A DNA stretch of 64,000 bases from an uncultured virus (IMG/VR IMGVR_UViG_3300021963_000039). Lineage: Duplodnaviria > Heunggongvirae > Uroviricota > Caudoviricetes. The stretch's first letter is position 1. Every line of letters starts with the position of its first letter. The DNA lies in IMG/VR virus record IMGVR_UViG_3300021963_000039; one strand, 5' to 3'. Shown here one piece after another: positions 46,898 to 57,121 of the stretch. The notes under the pieces are model-generated. The model was given only the letters and a program-made list of their open reading frames with translations. It had not been told where the DNA came from and did no database searches. Position numbers and translations under genes: made by a program.

Positions 46898-48793
46898 TTA
46901 TTTATAAAAAATATCTACAATACCACCAATCATCTCAGCGTCCATCTCAAGCATCACATAATTTGCTTCTTCTAAGGTGTTTGCGTGACCCTGTGAGAGG
47001 AGATACTCAAGCACGAGGTCATAGGCATCATAAGATTCCTTTACACCCTGACGAGCTCGTGAGTCTGCTTGCATCCTTTTAATATCCTCAACATCTTTAC
47101 TGATGGGTCTAGGTGCTGGCATAGCAGTTCCCTTTTCGGCAGCACTAAGAATTTCTTTCTGCTGAGGAGTTCCTACTTTATTAATCATACCTTTATTTGC
47201 CGAAGCCCAGGTTGTAAGGTCCTTGGTTCTATCACCAGTTTGTGCTGATGCTGCTGGTCTTGTTGATGCTGGGGCCCTTGTCGTTGTTGCTGGTCTTGTT
47301 GATGCTGGTTGTGTTGTTGATGCTGGAGGTGTTGATGCTGGAGGTGTTGATGCTGGAGGTGTTGATGCTGGAGGTGTTGATGCTGGAGGTGTTGTTGATG
47401 CTGCTGGTCTTGTTGATGCTGGAGGTGTTGTTGATGCTGGAGGTGTTGTTGATGTAGTTGGGTAATCCTTTTGTAATTCTGCAGATTGTCTTTTAGCAAA
47501 ATCTCCAAGAGATTCTCCAGATTTTCTCTGTCCTTTGTCTTGTGCTGGAGGTTGTTGTGTTGGGGATTTTGCTGGTTGTGATGGATTAGGAATTTTATCC
47601 CAATTTTCATATCCTTGTGCTCTAGCCCACCTTCTAGCAGTTGCGGGATATTGCCACCCCTGTCCGGGAATGAACACTTTCCTTTCACTACCTAATGTCA
47701 AAACTGCGACACCTTTTGGTTTAGGTGCAGAACTCCAATCTGGACCCTCAGTTATAATATTTTCAATAGGTAAATCATAAGAACTCTTTTGAAGACCAGG
47801 AAGCAATTTCCTTCTTTCTGGTTGGGATGGAGTTGTTCCGTCCCCCCTGCCCCTAAGTTTATCATACGCTGGTCCAGCTTGTCTTGTAAGATTATAAGTG
47901 TCTCTTGCAACTTTTCCGACAACACCACCAAGGGGGCCCTGATCTATAAGACCTGCCACTCCAGCCCCCAACCCTATTTTTGCAACATTCTTGGCAGCGG
48001 TTGCTAATTTATTCACACCTCTTACTGTCAAATCAGCAGCTGTGTCAGACACAGCTTGTCCGATTGGATTTGGTTTTGCTCTTCTCGCTTCTTTCGCTGC
48101 TTCTCTCTTTGCTCTAGCATCCTCAAGCTTTCGCCTAATTTTTTCTCCAATACCTGGAGGTTTTTGCGATCCACTACCCCCAGAAGATGATGCTCCAGAA
48201 GAAACACCTGACGGTTGCCCATACGCCCTACCGAGATTTTGGCCGATTCTTCCTCCACGAGATGGAGTCTGTTGTACACTTGGGGCAGAAACTGAAGTTA
48301 TTTTCTCTTCTGGTTTAGGATTTTTTGCTGCTTCTCTTTCTGCTGCTTTTCTTTCTGCTGCTTCTCTTTCTGCTGCTTTTCTTTCTGCTGCCGCTGCTTT
48401 TTTATCCCTAGCATCTGAGGAAGTAACTCTTGCCGAAAAAGAACCAGGACTCATTTGCCCATAATCAACTGGTTCTTGAGGTTTTGATTGTCCTCGTCCC
48501 TGCAACAACTTAGTAGCAGCTCCAATTGCTGGTAAAGCTGCCCGTCCAATTGCTGGTAAAGCTGCCCGTAGACCTGCCTGTATTAGGGGTACTGCATATT
48601 CATCTAACTGAGAATACGCCTCATACATCTCATCCCAAGTATATTCACTTAAGTCATAACCTTCTTCTACGAGAGCATTAACCCACTCTTCCACTTCTTC
48701 CCATACCTGTTCTTCGGTGAGTTCTTGAGGAGCATATACTGCCTGATATGCCTCCATCAAACCCCGAACTTCATTACCCGTAAGTCTAGACAT
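46898..48793 (-). CDS. putative internal head protein, paralog 2
   Basis: EAYQAVYAPQELTEE..EEGYDLSEYTWDEMYE; YDLVLEYLLSQGHA; late promoter 48820-48827. Confidence 0.7.
   Translation of the reverse strand: MSRLTGNEVRGLMEAYQAVYAPQELTEEQVWEEVEEWVNALVEEGYDLSEYTWDEMYEAYSQLDEYAVPLIQAGLRAALPAIGRAALPAIGAATKLLQGRGQSKPQEPVDYGQMSPGSFSARVTSSDARDKKAAAAERKAAEREAAERKAAEREAAKNPKPEEKITSVSAPSVQQTPSRGGRIGQNLGRAYGQPSGVSSGASSSGGSGSQKPPGIGEKIRRKLEDARAKREAAKEARRAKPNPIGQAVSDTAADLTVRGVNKLATAAKNVAKIGLGAGVAGLIDQGPLGGVVGKVARDTYNLTRQAGPAYDKLRGRGDGTTPSQPERRKLLPGLQKSSYDLPIENIITEGPDWSSAPKPKGVAVLTLGSERKVFIPGQGWQYPATARRWARAQGYENWDKIPNPSQPAKSPTQQPPAQDKGQRKSGESLGDFAKRQSAELQKDYPTTSTTPPASTTPPASTRPAASTTPPASTPPASTPPASTPPASTPPASTTQPASTRPATTTRAPASTRPAASAQTGDRTKDLTTWASANKGMINKVGTPQQKEILSAAEKGTAMPAPRPISKDVEDIKRMQADSRARQGVKESYDAYDLVLEYLLSQGHANTLEEANYVMLEMDAEMIGGIVDIFYK
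47245..47455 (-). repeat. 15/18-bp coding repeat (PASTP/PASTT)
   Basis: gatgctggaggtgtt tandem units. Confidence 0.9.
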
Positions 48794-48827
48794 CTTTTAT
48801 TTTAAGTTCTTTATAGTTTTATTTATA

Positions 48828-48852
48828 AAAAAAAGAGTCCCGAAGGACTCTT
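48828..48852 (-). terminator. intrinsic terminator with cUUCGg loop
   Basis: AAGAGTCC-TTCG-GGACTCTTTTTTTT. Confidence 0.9.
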
Positions 48853-48859
48853 TTAATTA

Positions 48860-50446
48860 TTAATTACCTACGGTCCTTTTTCTTGGTTTTGATTTTAAGT
48901 TTCGACGTTCGTTATAAGGTTCTCCTGTCTTCTTAAGATTTTGCATAAGTAATCTTTCAGTATCTACCGAATGTACCTCTAAAATAGTAGATATCCATTT
49001 TTCACTCATATTTTCAACAATAGTTGTCGCTGCTTCTTCATTATCAGCATATCCTTCATCAAGAACATAAGAAAATAGAGCATCATATTCTTCCTTTCTC
49101 AATAATCTACCAGCAAGTCTTGCTGCACCACTTATACCAGAAGCAACTCCACTAGCAAAAGGGGCAGCAGCTGTTGCTGCTTTTCTAATGGTTTTACCAG
49201 TTTCGCCAGCAAGGCGCTCTACATTTTTTGTTGCTTGATTATGGCGTTCTATGCCGGCATCAATCGCAGCGAATAATCCCCTTTTGGTTTGTTTTGGAGT
49301 TTCCTTAGTTTCTGGTTGATTTTCTACTGCTGCTTTTGTTGCTTTTTCTCTTGTTTTGGCAGCATCCCTTTCCTTCTGCTTTTTCTTTACTTCCTCATAG
49401 CTAGGACCTCCGGCACGTCTTCTTTTTGCTGCCCTTGCCTCATTCAAGGTATAATCTTCAGCAATCTCATTAACCCAATCAACAAACTCTTCCACTCCAA
49501 GTTCTTCAATTAAAATATCAATTCCATATTCATTAAGTCCCATTTCGTAGAAATATTCAGTTGCGATCTCTACTTCTTCGGTAAGTTCTTGAGGAGAATC
49601 ATATCCTTCAACTTTATAAGACTTGTTGTTCCAAGTAAAAGTAGAACCCATCCCACTTTTAATTTTTGCTGTTTTATATGCCTTATCAAAAGACTGAGAT
49701 TTAGACAAACCTTGATCTGGATTTTTTGGACCCTGTTGTGGTTTATAATCTCCTCTCTTTAATGCGGCAGTAAGTGTTCCGGAAGCAGTAGGTCTTGGTG
49801 CAGACACAGCAGCAGCAACACCAGCAGGAGTTATTCCTCTCAATCCAGCAAGAACACCTGCAACTTGCCCTACTCGATTGGCACCAGGTAACTTAGTTGT
49901 TGGTTTTGTAGTAGATGTTGGAGTTGGTTTTGTCGTTGTTGGTTTTGGTGCTGGTCCTAATGCAGGTTTTTCCCAAGCAGGTTTTGGTGCTCTTGAAGGA
50001 AGATTTGTTGGTTTTGTTGTTCCCATTAGACCACCACCAGTTGTTCTGTTTAGTCTTTGAGTATCTCTAAATTGTTGAGAACGATTTATTGAAGTTGCTG
50101 GAGATGGTACTTTAGTGCTTTTAAATTGAAGTTCTGGTCTTGCTGCAGCGCCTGTTGGACCTCTTTGTGCCGCTTTTGCTGCCTTTGCTGCGTCTTTAGC
50201 AGCAATATCTGCTTCCACTTGTGCAACAGAAGGTCCACCAGTTCTTCTATTCGCTAGTCTACCTTGTTCTTCAATATAAGACTCATACATCTCTTCCCAA
50301 GTACAATCACTTAGGTCATAACCTTCTTCAATAAGGTCATTTACCAAGTTCTCAACTTCTCCCCAAACTTTTTCTTCGGTAAGTTCTTGAGGAGCATAAA
50401 CTTCCATATATGCTTCTTGAAGATTACGAATATCTTGTGCGTTCAT
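48860..50446 (-). CDS. putative internal head protein, paralog 1
   Basis: EAYMEVYAPQELTEE..EEGYDLSDCTWEEMYE; YDALFSYVLDEGYADNEE..NMSEKW; late promoter 50466-50473. Confidence 0.7.
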   Translation of the reverse strand: MNAQDIRNLQEAYMEVYAPQELTEEKVWGEVENLVNDLIEEGYDLSDCTWEEMYESYIEEQGRLANRRTGGPSVAQVEADIAAKDAAKAAKAAQRGPTGAAARPELQFKSTKVPSPATSINRSQQFRDTQRLNRTTGGGLMGTTKPTNLPSRAPKPAWEKPALGPAPKPTTTKPTPTSTTKPTTKLPGANRVGQVAGVLAGLRGITPAGVAAAVSAPRPTASGTLTAALKRGDYKPQQGPKNPDQGLSKSQSFDKAYKTAKIKSGMGSTFTWNNKSYKVEGYDSPQELTEEVEIATEYFYEMGLNEYGIDILIEELGVEEFVDWVNEIAEDYTLNEARAAKRRRAGGPSYEEVKKKQKERDAAKTREKATKAAVENQPETKETPKQTKRGLFAAIDAGIERHNQATKNVERLAGETGKTIRKAATAAAPFASGVASGISGAARLAGRLLRKEEYDALFSYVLDEGYADNEEAATTIVENMSEKWISTILEVHSVDTERLLMQNLKKTGEPYNERRNLKSKPRKRTVGN

Positions 50447-50485
50447 CTTACAAATACTTTTTAGTTATTTATAAAAAAAAGGGTC

Positions 50486-50635
50486 TCAAGGACCCTTATC
50501 TAACCATACATAAGAATAGTCATGATCTCCAAAAAGAACATCATCATATTCGGCAGCATCTTTATAACATTTTAGAAGTTCTTCTTTACACCACTCATCG
50601 CAATTTTCATCACTATTGAGTAGTTTTGGTTTCAT
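50486..50635 (-). CDS. small acidic hypothetical protein (49 aa)
   Basis: MKPKLLNSDENCDEWC...DVLFGDHDYSYVW; ATGA coupling to nrdB. Confidence 0.5.
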   Translation of the reverse strand: MKPKLLNSDENCDEWCKEELLKCYKDAAEYDDVLFGDHDYSYVWLDKGP

Positions 50636-51813
50636 AATTTAAATCCGGAGAAAGTATCAGATTTTACATCAGACTTAATACCACCAACCAAATATGAAGT
50701 TATCTCCGATTCTTGTGGTGCTATTTGTACTTCTCTGGAATTTAACCAGTGTGAGGTCCAGGGAAGTGGATTATTCTTCGCCGGAACATCATAAACAGGA
50801 CGAAGACCGATTGCCTTCATTCTACGATTAGCGGTCCATTCCACATACTGCTGAAGAAGTTTATCATTTAGTCCAATCATCGAACCATCCTTAAAGAGAT
50901 ATTCAGCCCAGTGTTTTTCCTGATTGACTGCGTTCTCAAAGGTCTTATAGACCCACTGCTCTTCTTCCTGTGAGATTTTCTTCATATCAGGGTCATCACC
51001 CTCCTTCCACTTGTTTAGAATGTTCTGGGTGATGACTAAATGCTGACTTTCATCTCGGGCAATCAAACCGATGATTTTTGCACTTCCTTCCATAAGTTTG
51101 AGTTCGCCAAATGCAAAACTGCAAGCGAAACTAACATAAAAGCGAATACCTTCAAGAATATTAACATTTGCAACTGCTCTGTAGAGTTTGCGTTTGAGTT
51201 CATATCTTTCTACCTGTGCGTAAGGAACTTGTTCTTGAGCGTGTTTCCAAAGTTCAGAAGTTCCATAATGTTGAGCACTATTGATAAAGTCATTATATGC
51301 CTCAGTTACACTTGCCGCTCTTTCCATGATACGATCATCACAAAGAATTGTATCAAAAACATCAGAAGGATTTGAATATACATTCTTAATAATATAGGTA
51401 TATGAACGAGAATGAATCATCTCCATAAACTCCCATACTTTCATACATGCTTCTAGTTCTGGTAGAGAGCAGTACGGAGCAAATGCCATACCGGGACCTC
51501 TTCCCTGAACCGAATCAAGCATAATCTGATATTTTAGATTACTTGTGAAAATATGTTTTTGTTCGGGTCGTAGAGTCTGATAGTCTCCACGATCTTTTTG
51601 TAATGAGATTTCTTCGGGTCTCCAAAAGTATCCAAGTTGTTGTTGAGTCAATTTATCAAAGATTGGATACTTATAAGAATCATATCTTTGTATTCCCAGT
51701 GGCTGACCAAAAAACATAGGTTGTTTTTTAGTATCCACTTCTTGGGAATTAAAAACGGTCATAGATTCGACCATTAGGTTCTCCTTCGTACTTTTCTTAA
51801 AACTAAAAGTCAT
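50632..51813 (-). CDS. nrdB: ribonucleotide reductase class Ia beta subunit
   Basis: FWRPEE, EMIHSRSY, LEGIRFYVSF, IARDESQH. Confidence 0.97.
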   Translation of the reverse strand: MTFSFKKSTKENLMVESMTVFNSQEVDTKKQPMFFGQPLGIQRYDSYKYPIFDKLTQQQLGYFWRPEEISLQKDRGDYQTLRPEQKHIFTSNLKYQIMLDSVQGRGPGMAFAPYCSLPELEACMKVWEFMEMIHSRSYTYIIKNVYSNPSDVFDTILCDDRIMERAASVTEAYNDFINSAQHYGTSELWKHAQEQVPYAQVERYELKRKLYRAVANVNILEGIRFYVSFACSFAFGELKLMEGSAKIIGLIARDESQHLVITQNILNKWKEGDDPDMKKISQEEEQWVYKTFENAVNQEKHWAEYLFKDGSMIGLNDKLLQQYVEWTANRRMKAIGLRPVYDVPAKNNPLPWTSHWLNSREVQIAPQESEITSYLVGGIKSDVKSDTFSGFKL

Positions 51814-51858
51814 TTTTTTCCTTTAATAAATTAACTCACCTTCTTATATTTAATCAAA

Positions 51859-54159
51859 TCAAATAGAGCAACTTTCGCAATCTTCTTCTTTAGAATCAGA
51901 AAGTTCTGATAGAAGTGATTGGAGGTCTTCTTTTGATTCTTCAACTACTTCATCGGTCTTGATGTCATAGGTATTTTGGTAATATGCTGTCTTATGACCA
52001 ACAGAGTAGGCATAAAGCATATCACCCGCCATTACGCTAACAGGAACTTCATTATCGGCATAATTCTGTGGATTATACGACCAGTTTCCAGAAATCGCCT
52101 GATCGAAGAACTTTTGCATAACAGCAACAATATTAATATAACCAGTATTCCCAGACATATCCCAAAGCAACGTATAATTGTTCTTAAGAGTTTGATACTG
52201 GGGTACAATTTGCTTAAGAGGACCTTTCTTTGATTTTTTAATGGACAAGTATCCGCGAGGTGGTTCGATTCCATTAGTTGCGTTTGACACAACGGAACTG
52301 CTCTCCGAAGGCATCTGTGCCGACAATGTTGAGTTCCTGACTCCGTATTGCTTAACTTGCTCCCTAAGGATATTCCAATCATATTTTAAGTTGTTGGGGA
52401 CAATTTCATCGACTTCCTTCTTATAAGTATCTATAGGAAGAATACCACGAGAGTATTTGGTTCGGTGAAAATATTCACAGGCACCCCTTTCTTTCGCAAG
52501 ATTTGTAGATGCCAGAATAAGATAATATTGGAATGCTTCCGTCAAGTCATGAACGAGTTTCCAAGCAACAGGATCCTCGTATTTAACGCCGTTCTTGGCG
52601 AGATAATGTGCCAGACCAATATAACCCACCCCAAGCGAACGACGCCTCTTGGTGAAGTTCTCCGCCGCTTTTACGGGGTAATTCTGGTAGTCAATAATCT
52701 CATCCAAAGCACGGACAGAAAGATCGCAAAGTTCTTTCATATCATCAAGGTGCTTTAGTTTTCCAATATTAATCGCAGATAGAATACAAGTCGCAATTTC
52801 TCCATTCTCATCATCAATATGCTGAATTGGAACTGTGGGTTCTGTGATTTCCATACAAAGGTTACTCATATTAACCTTATCCAAATAAGAACTATGAGAG
52901 TTACAGTGATCGATATTCATAATGTAAATACGACCGGTCTCCGCTCTTTCCTTTAGAAGGTCTAGAAAAAGTTCTTGTGCTCCAATCGTTTTTCTTGGAA
53001 TAGACTCATCTTGTTCCGCATTCACATATATCTCATCGAATAAATCTGTGCCAAAGGCATCATACATTCCTGGAACTGAGTGTGGGGAGAAAAGTGTAAT
53101 CTCCTCATTCTTGATAAACCGCTCATAGAACAGTTTGGAGATTTGGATTCCATAATCTAATTTGCGAACACGATTATCTTCGGTTCCTTTATTATTTTTG
53201 AGAACTAAAATATCTTCTATTTCTTGGTGCCAGATAGGAAAGAAAACTGTAGCAGAACCACCTCTGATGCCGTTCTGAGTGCAGCATCGGACAGTTGCCT
53301 CAAACTTCTTAAGGAAGGGCACCACGCCTGTGTGCTGTACCTCTCCGCCTCTGATTTTGCTATTGATGCCACGGATTCTACCAGCGTTAATGCCGATACC
53401 AGCCCTTTGTGAGACGTATTTACCAATAGCCATATCGCTGCTAAAGATACTATCGAGGGTGTCATCAACATCAACGAGAACACAAGATGCAAATTGACGA
53501 AGTGGTGTTCTGACCCCTGCCATGATTGGTGTGGGGATGTTGATTCTGTGCCTACTGATTGCGTCATAATATCTCTTAACGTAATCCAAACGTGTTTCTT
53601 TTGGATATTTAGAGAAGATGGTCGCAGCGATCAAAAGGTACATAAACTGCGGTGTTTCATATAGTTCTCCGGTGCTGCGATCCTGTACCAGATACTTATC
53701 CGCAACCTGACGAAGACCGGCATAAGTGAAGAGATAGTCCCTATCGTGATTTATAAAAGACTCAAGTTTCTCGAAATCCTCATCGGTATAAAAAGACAGG
53801 ATCTCCTCATCATAAACTCCCATCTCTACACATCTTACGGTATGCTCCTTTACGGTTGATGTCTCACGTATTCCCCCGAAGATTTGCTTACGAATCGCAA
53901 ACAGAAGAAGACGAGCAGCAACAAACTGATAGTTTGGATGATCCAAATCAATTAAATCAGAAGCGGAGCGAATTAGAATCTCCTGAATCTCTGCGGTTGT
54001 AATGCCATCATAAAACTGAATGCCAGACTGCATTTCGACCTGACTTGCGGAAACTCCGGCAAGATCTTTACATGCTTCCTCCACCATTATATGAAGTTTA
54101 TTTAAATCCAGAGATTCGGTAGAACCGTTTCTTTTAAATACCTGTGTTCCGTTACTCAT
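51859..54159 (-). CDS. nrdA: ribonucleotide reductase class Ia alpha subunit
   Basis: ATP-cone, PTPIMAG, SNLCxEI, C-terminal CESC. Confidence 0.97.
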   Translation of the reverse strand: MSNGTQVFKRNGSTESLDLNKLHIMVEEACKDLAGVSASQVEMQSGIQFYDGITTAEIQEILIRSASDLIDLDHPNYQFVAARLLLFAIRKQIFGGIRETSTVKEHTVRCVEMGVYDEEILSFYTDEDFEKLESFINHDRDYLFTYAGLRQVADKYLVQDRSTGELYETPQFMYLLIAATIFSKYPKETRLDYVKRYYDAISRHRINIPTPIMAGVRTPLRQFASCVLVDVDDTLDSIFSSDMAIGKYVSQRAGIGINAGRIRGINSKIRGGEVQHTGVVPFLKKFEATVRCCTQNGIRGGSATVFFPIWHQEIEDILVLKNNKGTEDNRVRKLDYGIQISKLFYERFIKNEEITLFSPHSVPGMYDAFGTDLFDEIYVNAEQDESIPRKTIGAQELFLDLLKERAETGRIYIMNIDHCNSHSSYLDKVNMSNLCMEITEPTVPIQHIDDENGEIATCILSAINIGKLKHLDDMKELCDLSVRALDEIIDYQNYPVKAAENFTKRRRSLGVGYIGLAHYLAKNGVKYEDPVAWKLVHDLTEAFQYYLILASTNLAKERGACEYFHRTKYSRGILPIDTYKKEVDEIVPNNLKYDWNILREQVKQYGVRNSTLSAQMPSESSSVVSNATNGIEPPRGYLSIKKSKKGPLKQIVPQYQTLKNNYTLLWDMSGNTGYINIVAVMQKFFDQAISGNWSYNPQNYADNEVPVSVMAGDMLYAYSVGHKTAYYQNTYDIKTDEVVEESKEDLQSLLSELSDSKEEDCESCSI

Positions 54160-55127
54160 ACTTTTTTCCATTCGTTAAACTTTACTTTTGCTTCTAAACC
54201 TGAATAAGTATTTGATTCTAACATATTTTCCGGATCATAACCGGAAATTACAAGATCATTAATATCTTTTTGTTTAATACTTGTGGGCCATATGACTACC
54301 TTATCACCTCTGTCGATGGTTTTTGAGATTCTGTTGACGATTTCTCTGTTACGTGGTTCATTATCAAAAACCCAAATATAATCGCTCCAGCCAAACGACC
54401 TAATATCAATATCGGACCCACACATAGCAATAGCATTTTTAATAAATGTGGAGTCGAATGGTCCTTCGACAATATAAACTGGTTTTTGGGAATCAATTTT
54501 TTCAAGTCCGTAAACTTTGGGAGCATCATCAACAAGCATTATGGTGATATATTTATTATAAGAAGATTCGATTGATCTTCCCTGAAACCCAATCAAATTA
54601 TTATCAACATCATACATGGGTATAATGATACGAGATTCATCTTTATCAGTATTCTTAAATGTATGTTTTTGTTGATTTACCCATTTTTTAAAGTTTTCGG
54701 CATAATAAAACTTCTCTGGATTGAGTTTTCTTTTCTCAAGATACTCTTTGGCAACAGGAACTTCTGATGCCTTTGGTAGATCTATTTTTTTTGTAAACTT
54801 TGGTTTACTGAACTCAAACTTTGGTTCTTCTACCACAAAGTTTTTTCCGGTGAATCCTTCTTTAAACTTCTCCAAAGTATATTGCTTATGAAGCATCGGG
54901 TCTATCTGTTTAAGAAAGTTATTAAAGGATAAACTTACTCCACAATTATGACACTTATAATTTGTGTTGTTCTTAATCTGGTACAAGTATCCTCTTGTTT
55001 TTGTTTTGTTCTTCTGGGAGTCGCCACAAATAGGGCATCGACAATTATAAAGATCTGCCTTAACTCTCTTGAACTTTTCCAAGCGAACCGAAACTAATCC
55101 AATATACTTGGAATCAATTAAATCCAT
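54156..55127 (-). CDS. gp61: DNA primase (T4 gp61)
   Basis: RCPICGDS..CHNC zinc finger; VEGPFDS; DNEPRN. Confidence 0.95.
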   Translation of the reverse strand: MDLIDSKYIGLVSVRLEKFKRVKADLYNCRCPICGDSQKNKTKTRGYLYQIKNNTNYKCHNCGVSLSFNNFLKQIDPMLHKQYTLEKFKEGFTGKNFVVEEPKFEFSKPKFTKKIDLPKASEVPVAKEYLEKRKLNPEKFYYAENFKKWVNQQKHTFKNTDKDESRIIIPMYDVDNNLIGFQGRSIESSYNKYITIMLVDDAPKVYGLEKIDSQKPVYIVEGPFDSTFIKNAIAMCGSDIDIRSFGWSDYIWVFDNEPRNREIVNRISKTIDRGDKVVIWPTSIKQKDINDLVISGYDPENMLESNTYSGLEAKVKFNEWKKV

Positions 55128-55141
55128 TATAAGAGGTTTTA

Positions 55142-55561
55142 TTACTTCTTGCTCTCTATTCTAACAGGTTGTGGGTCAGGAGTCAAGATGTCAATTATGA
55201 CTGGAGACTGGGAAAGGGCAAATGAAATAAAAACAACGGCACCGAGTATCATCCAACGAAACTTTACAACTTCATCAATTTTAGTTTCTAATCCATCTAT
55301 TCTTTTTTCTACTTCTTTATGTTGAGATTTATTTTCACTTCTCATATCTTCAATTGATTTAGATATTGATTCATCCGTCTTCGAGCACTGGTCTATTTTT
55401 TCTTCATGGACCGCAAGCATTTTAGAAATGTTTTGACTGGTTTTACCCATGATCTGAATTGCTTCGTCTATTTTTCTCATCATGACCTCATAAGAAGATA
55501 AACGTTCTTCTAAGACAGCGAGTTTTGTTTCTGAATTTGTAGGTTTGTTATCGAAGATCAT
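55142..55561 (-). CDS. coiled-coil protein with C-terminal TM helix
   Basis: LAVHEEKI; RWMILGAVVFISF. Confidence 0.65.
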   Translation of the reverse strand: MIFDNKPTNSETKLAVLEERLSSYEVMMRKIDEAIQIMGKTSQNISKMLAVHEEKIDQCSKTDESISKSIEDMRSENKSQHKEVEKRIDGLETKIDEVVKFRWMILGAVVFISFALSQSPVIIDILTPDPQPVRIESKK

Positions 55562-55646
55562 TTTTAGGAAATCTGAGGATTATTTGACTCTACAAAAACT
55601 AAAATCTCAAGTAGATTATATGATTATTTATTGGTTTTAGATTTAT

Positions 55647-55874
55647 TTAATTTTCTTTTTTAGCAAAAAACTTTCTATATCCGGGAGGCAATCTTCTCAT
55701 AAGATTAGTTTTACGCCCTAATGGTTTAGGATACCCGGCAGTGGGAGATGGTGATTTCTCGCTATATCCCGCCACTTCCGGAGTACTACCAGTATTGTTT
55801 GTGGGTGCCCCTACACTCATACCCTCTTCTTTAAGATTTCTAATAATCGAAATAAGTTTATCTATTTTATTCAT
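55647..55874 (-). CDS. hypothetical protein
   Basis: 75-aa ORF in operon. Confidence 0.6.
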   Translation of the reverse strand: MNKIDKLISIIRNLKEEGMSVGAPTNNTGSTPEVAGYSEKSPSPTAGYPKPLGRKTNLMRRLPPGYRKFFAKKEN

Positions 55875-55875
55875 A

Positions 55876-56247
55876 TTAGATTTTTTGTAAGTGAGAAAGG
55901 CAATTCTGATCTACTTCAATATCATGTATTTGAGTTCTTGGATATTCCGGAAATCTATTTAGAAAAATTAAAAAACTTTTAATCGAAGACCAAAGATCTT
56001 TATCTAAACTATAAAACAATAAGGGTACTGTGGCATCATTAAACACATTAAAGAGAATGATAAGATGATTCAATATTAAATGTGTTTTTAATTCTCCGGT
56101 ATTCTTATATCTTTTTAATAATCTTTTTACATACCGTATTCTTTTCAAGTCAGCCTCAAAATCCTCCATCGTCACAGATTGGGGATTTTCATAATATTTA
56201 ATCGCAAATAATATATAATTATTCTCATTCAATTCATCAAATCTCAT
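55876..56247 (-). CDS. conserved T4-like hypothetical protein
   Basis: FAIKYYENPQ, LILNHLIILFNVF. Confidence 0.75.
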   Translation of the reverse strand: MRFDELNENNYILFAIKYYENPQSVTMEDFEADLKRIRYVKRLLKRYKNTGELKTHLILNHLIILFNVFNDATVPLLFYSLDKDLWSSIKSFLIFLNRFPEYPRTQIHDIEVDQNCLSHLQKI

Positions 56248-56253
56248 ATATTA

Positions 56254-56811
56254 TTATTCTGGGTATCTTGTGTCGTCATCAGCATCGTTAATAATGCTAC
56301 TACCAGCAACTAATGTTTCGGTCTTAACTCTAAAATTGCCGTGAGCGTCGATATAAGTTGTAACACCAACCCAACCAGCATGAGTAGGAGCATACTTGCG
56401 AGCATTACCGGTTGCCGTATTCGCAACACTTACTTCCACGGTGCTTACGCCAACTACGCTGGTGAATACAGGGTTTGTGGAGTATCCAACGGTCTTGCGT
56501 TCTGGTGCTCTATAAACTGAATCGTGAAGAGCATAAATTGGTTCTTCCGAAACAAAATATGTCGTACCGGAAGGAACAGTTGTAATACCAGTGACAATTC
56601 CTGCGGTAGAGGCAATTGAAATAGTTGTAGAAGTAAATCCGATTATAGACGCATATCCGTAAGTTGCTCCTAAACCAATAGTAATTACATCACTGGTTGT
56701 AATACCGGAAGTGGTGAATGTAACACCAGTACCAGTTACAGTTTTGGTGCCAAGATTGACGGCAATTGTGCCGGCATTATAAACTAAGTCTTTATTTCCC
56801 CAAAGAGCCAT
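56254..56811 (-). CDS. virion structural protein
   Basis: MALWG..HAGWV..RVKTETLVA; late promoter 56845-56852. Confidence 0.7.
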   Translation of the reverse strand: MALWGNKDLVYNAGTIAVNLGTKTVTGTGVTFTTSGITTSDVITIGLGATYGYASIIGFTSTTISIASTAGIVTGITTVPSGTTYFVSEEPIYALHDSVYRAPERKTVGYSTNPVFTSVVGVSTVEVSVANTATGNARKYAPTHAGWVGVTTYIDAHGNFRVKTETLVAGSSIINDADDDTRYPE

Positions 56812-56901
56812 TTTTTTAACCTTGTAAATGTCTTATATACTGAATATTTATAAAAAAAGGAGACCTTATATTTGGTCTCCTTTATATTGATTTGTTTATA
56901 C

Positions 56902-57087
56902 TCAGGGAGTATGGTCGTGTGCTCCCTTATCTTTTAATACTTTTTGTACTTGAATAATAACGAAAGAGACAAGACCGTTGGATTTAACTGCGGGAACTGC
57001 TCCAAGAAGCTCAGAAAGAACAAGAAGAACTGTTGCGAGTGCAGCTTCATTTGCAAGCACCCAAGCCCAGATTACGGCTAAAGACAT
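56902..57087 (-). CDS. small membrane protein
   Basis: Hydrophobic 61-aa ORF, GAGG RBS, CTAAATA upstream, terminator downstream. Confidence 0.65.
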   Translation of the reverse strand: MSLAVIWAWVLANEAALATVLLVLSELLGAVPAVKSNGLVSFVIIQVQKVLKDKGAHDHTP

Positions 57088-57121
57088 AATGCTACCTCGG
57101 TGTAAATGTATCCTATCTTAT

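Noticed and set aside
47185..47688. Q/H-rich and V/L-rich overlapping ORFs
   Set aside because: Alternative-frame shadows of the PAST repeat.
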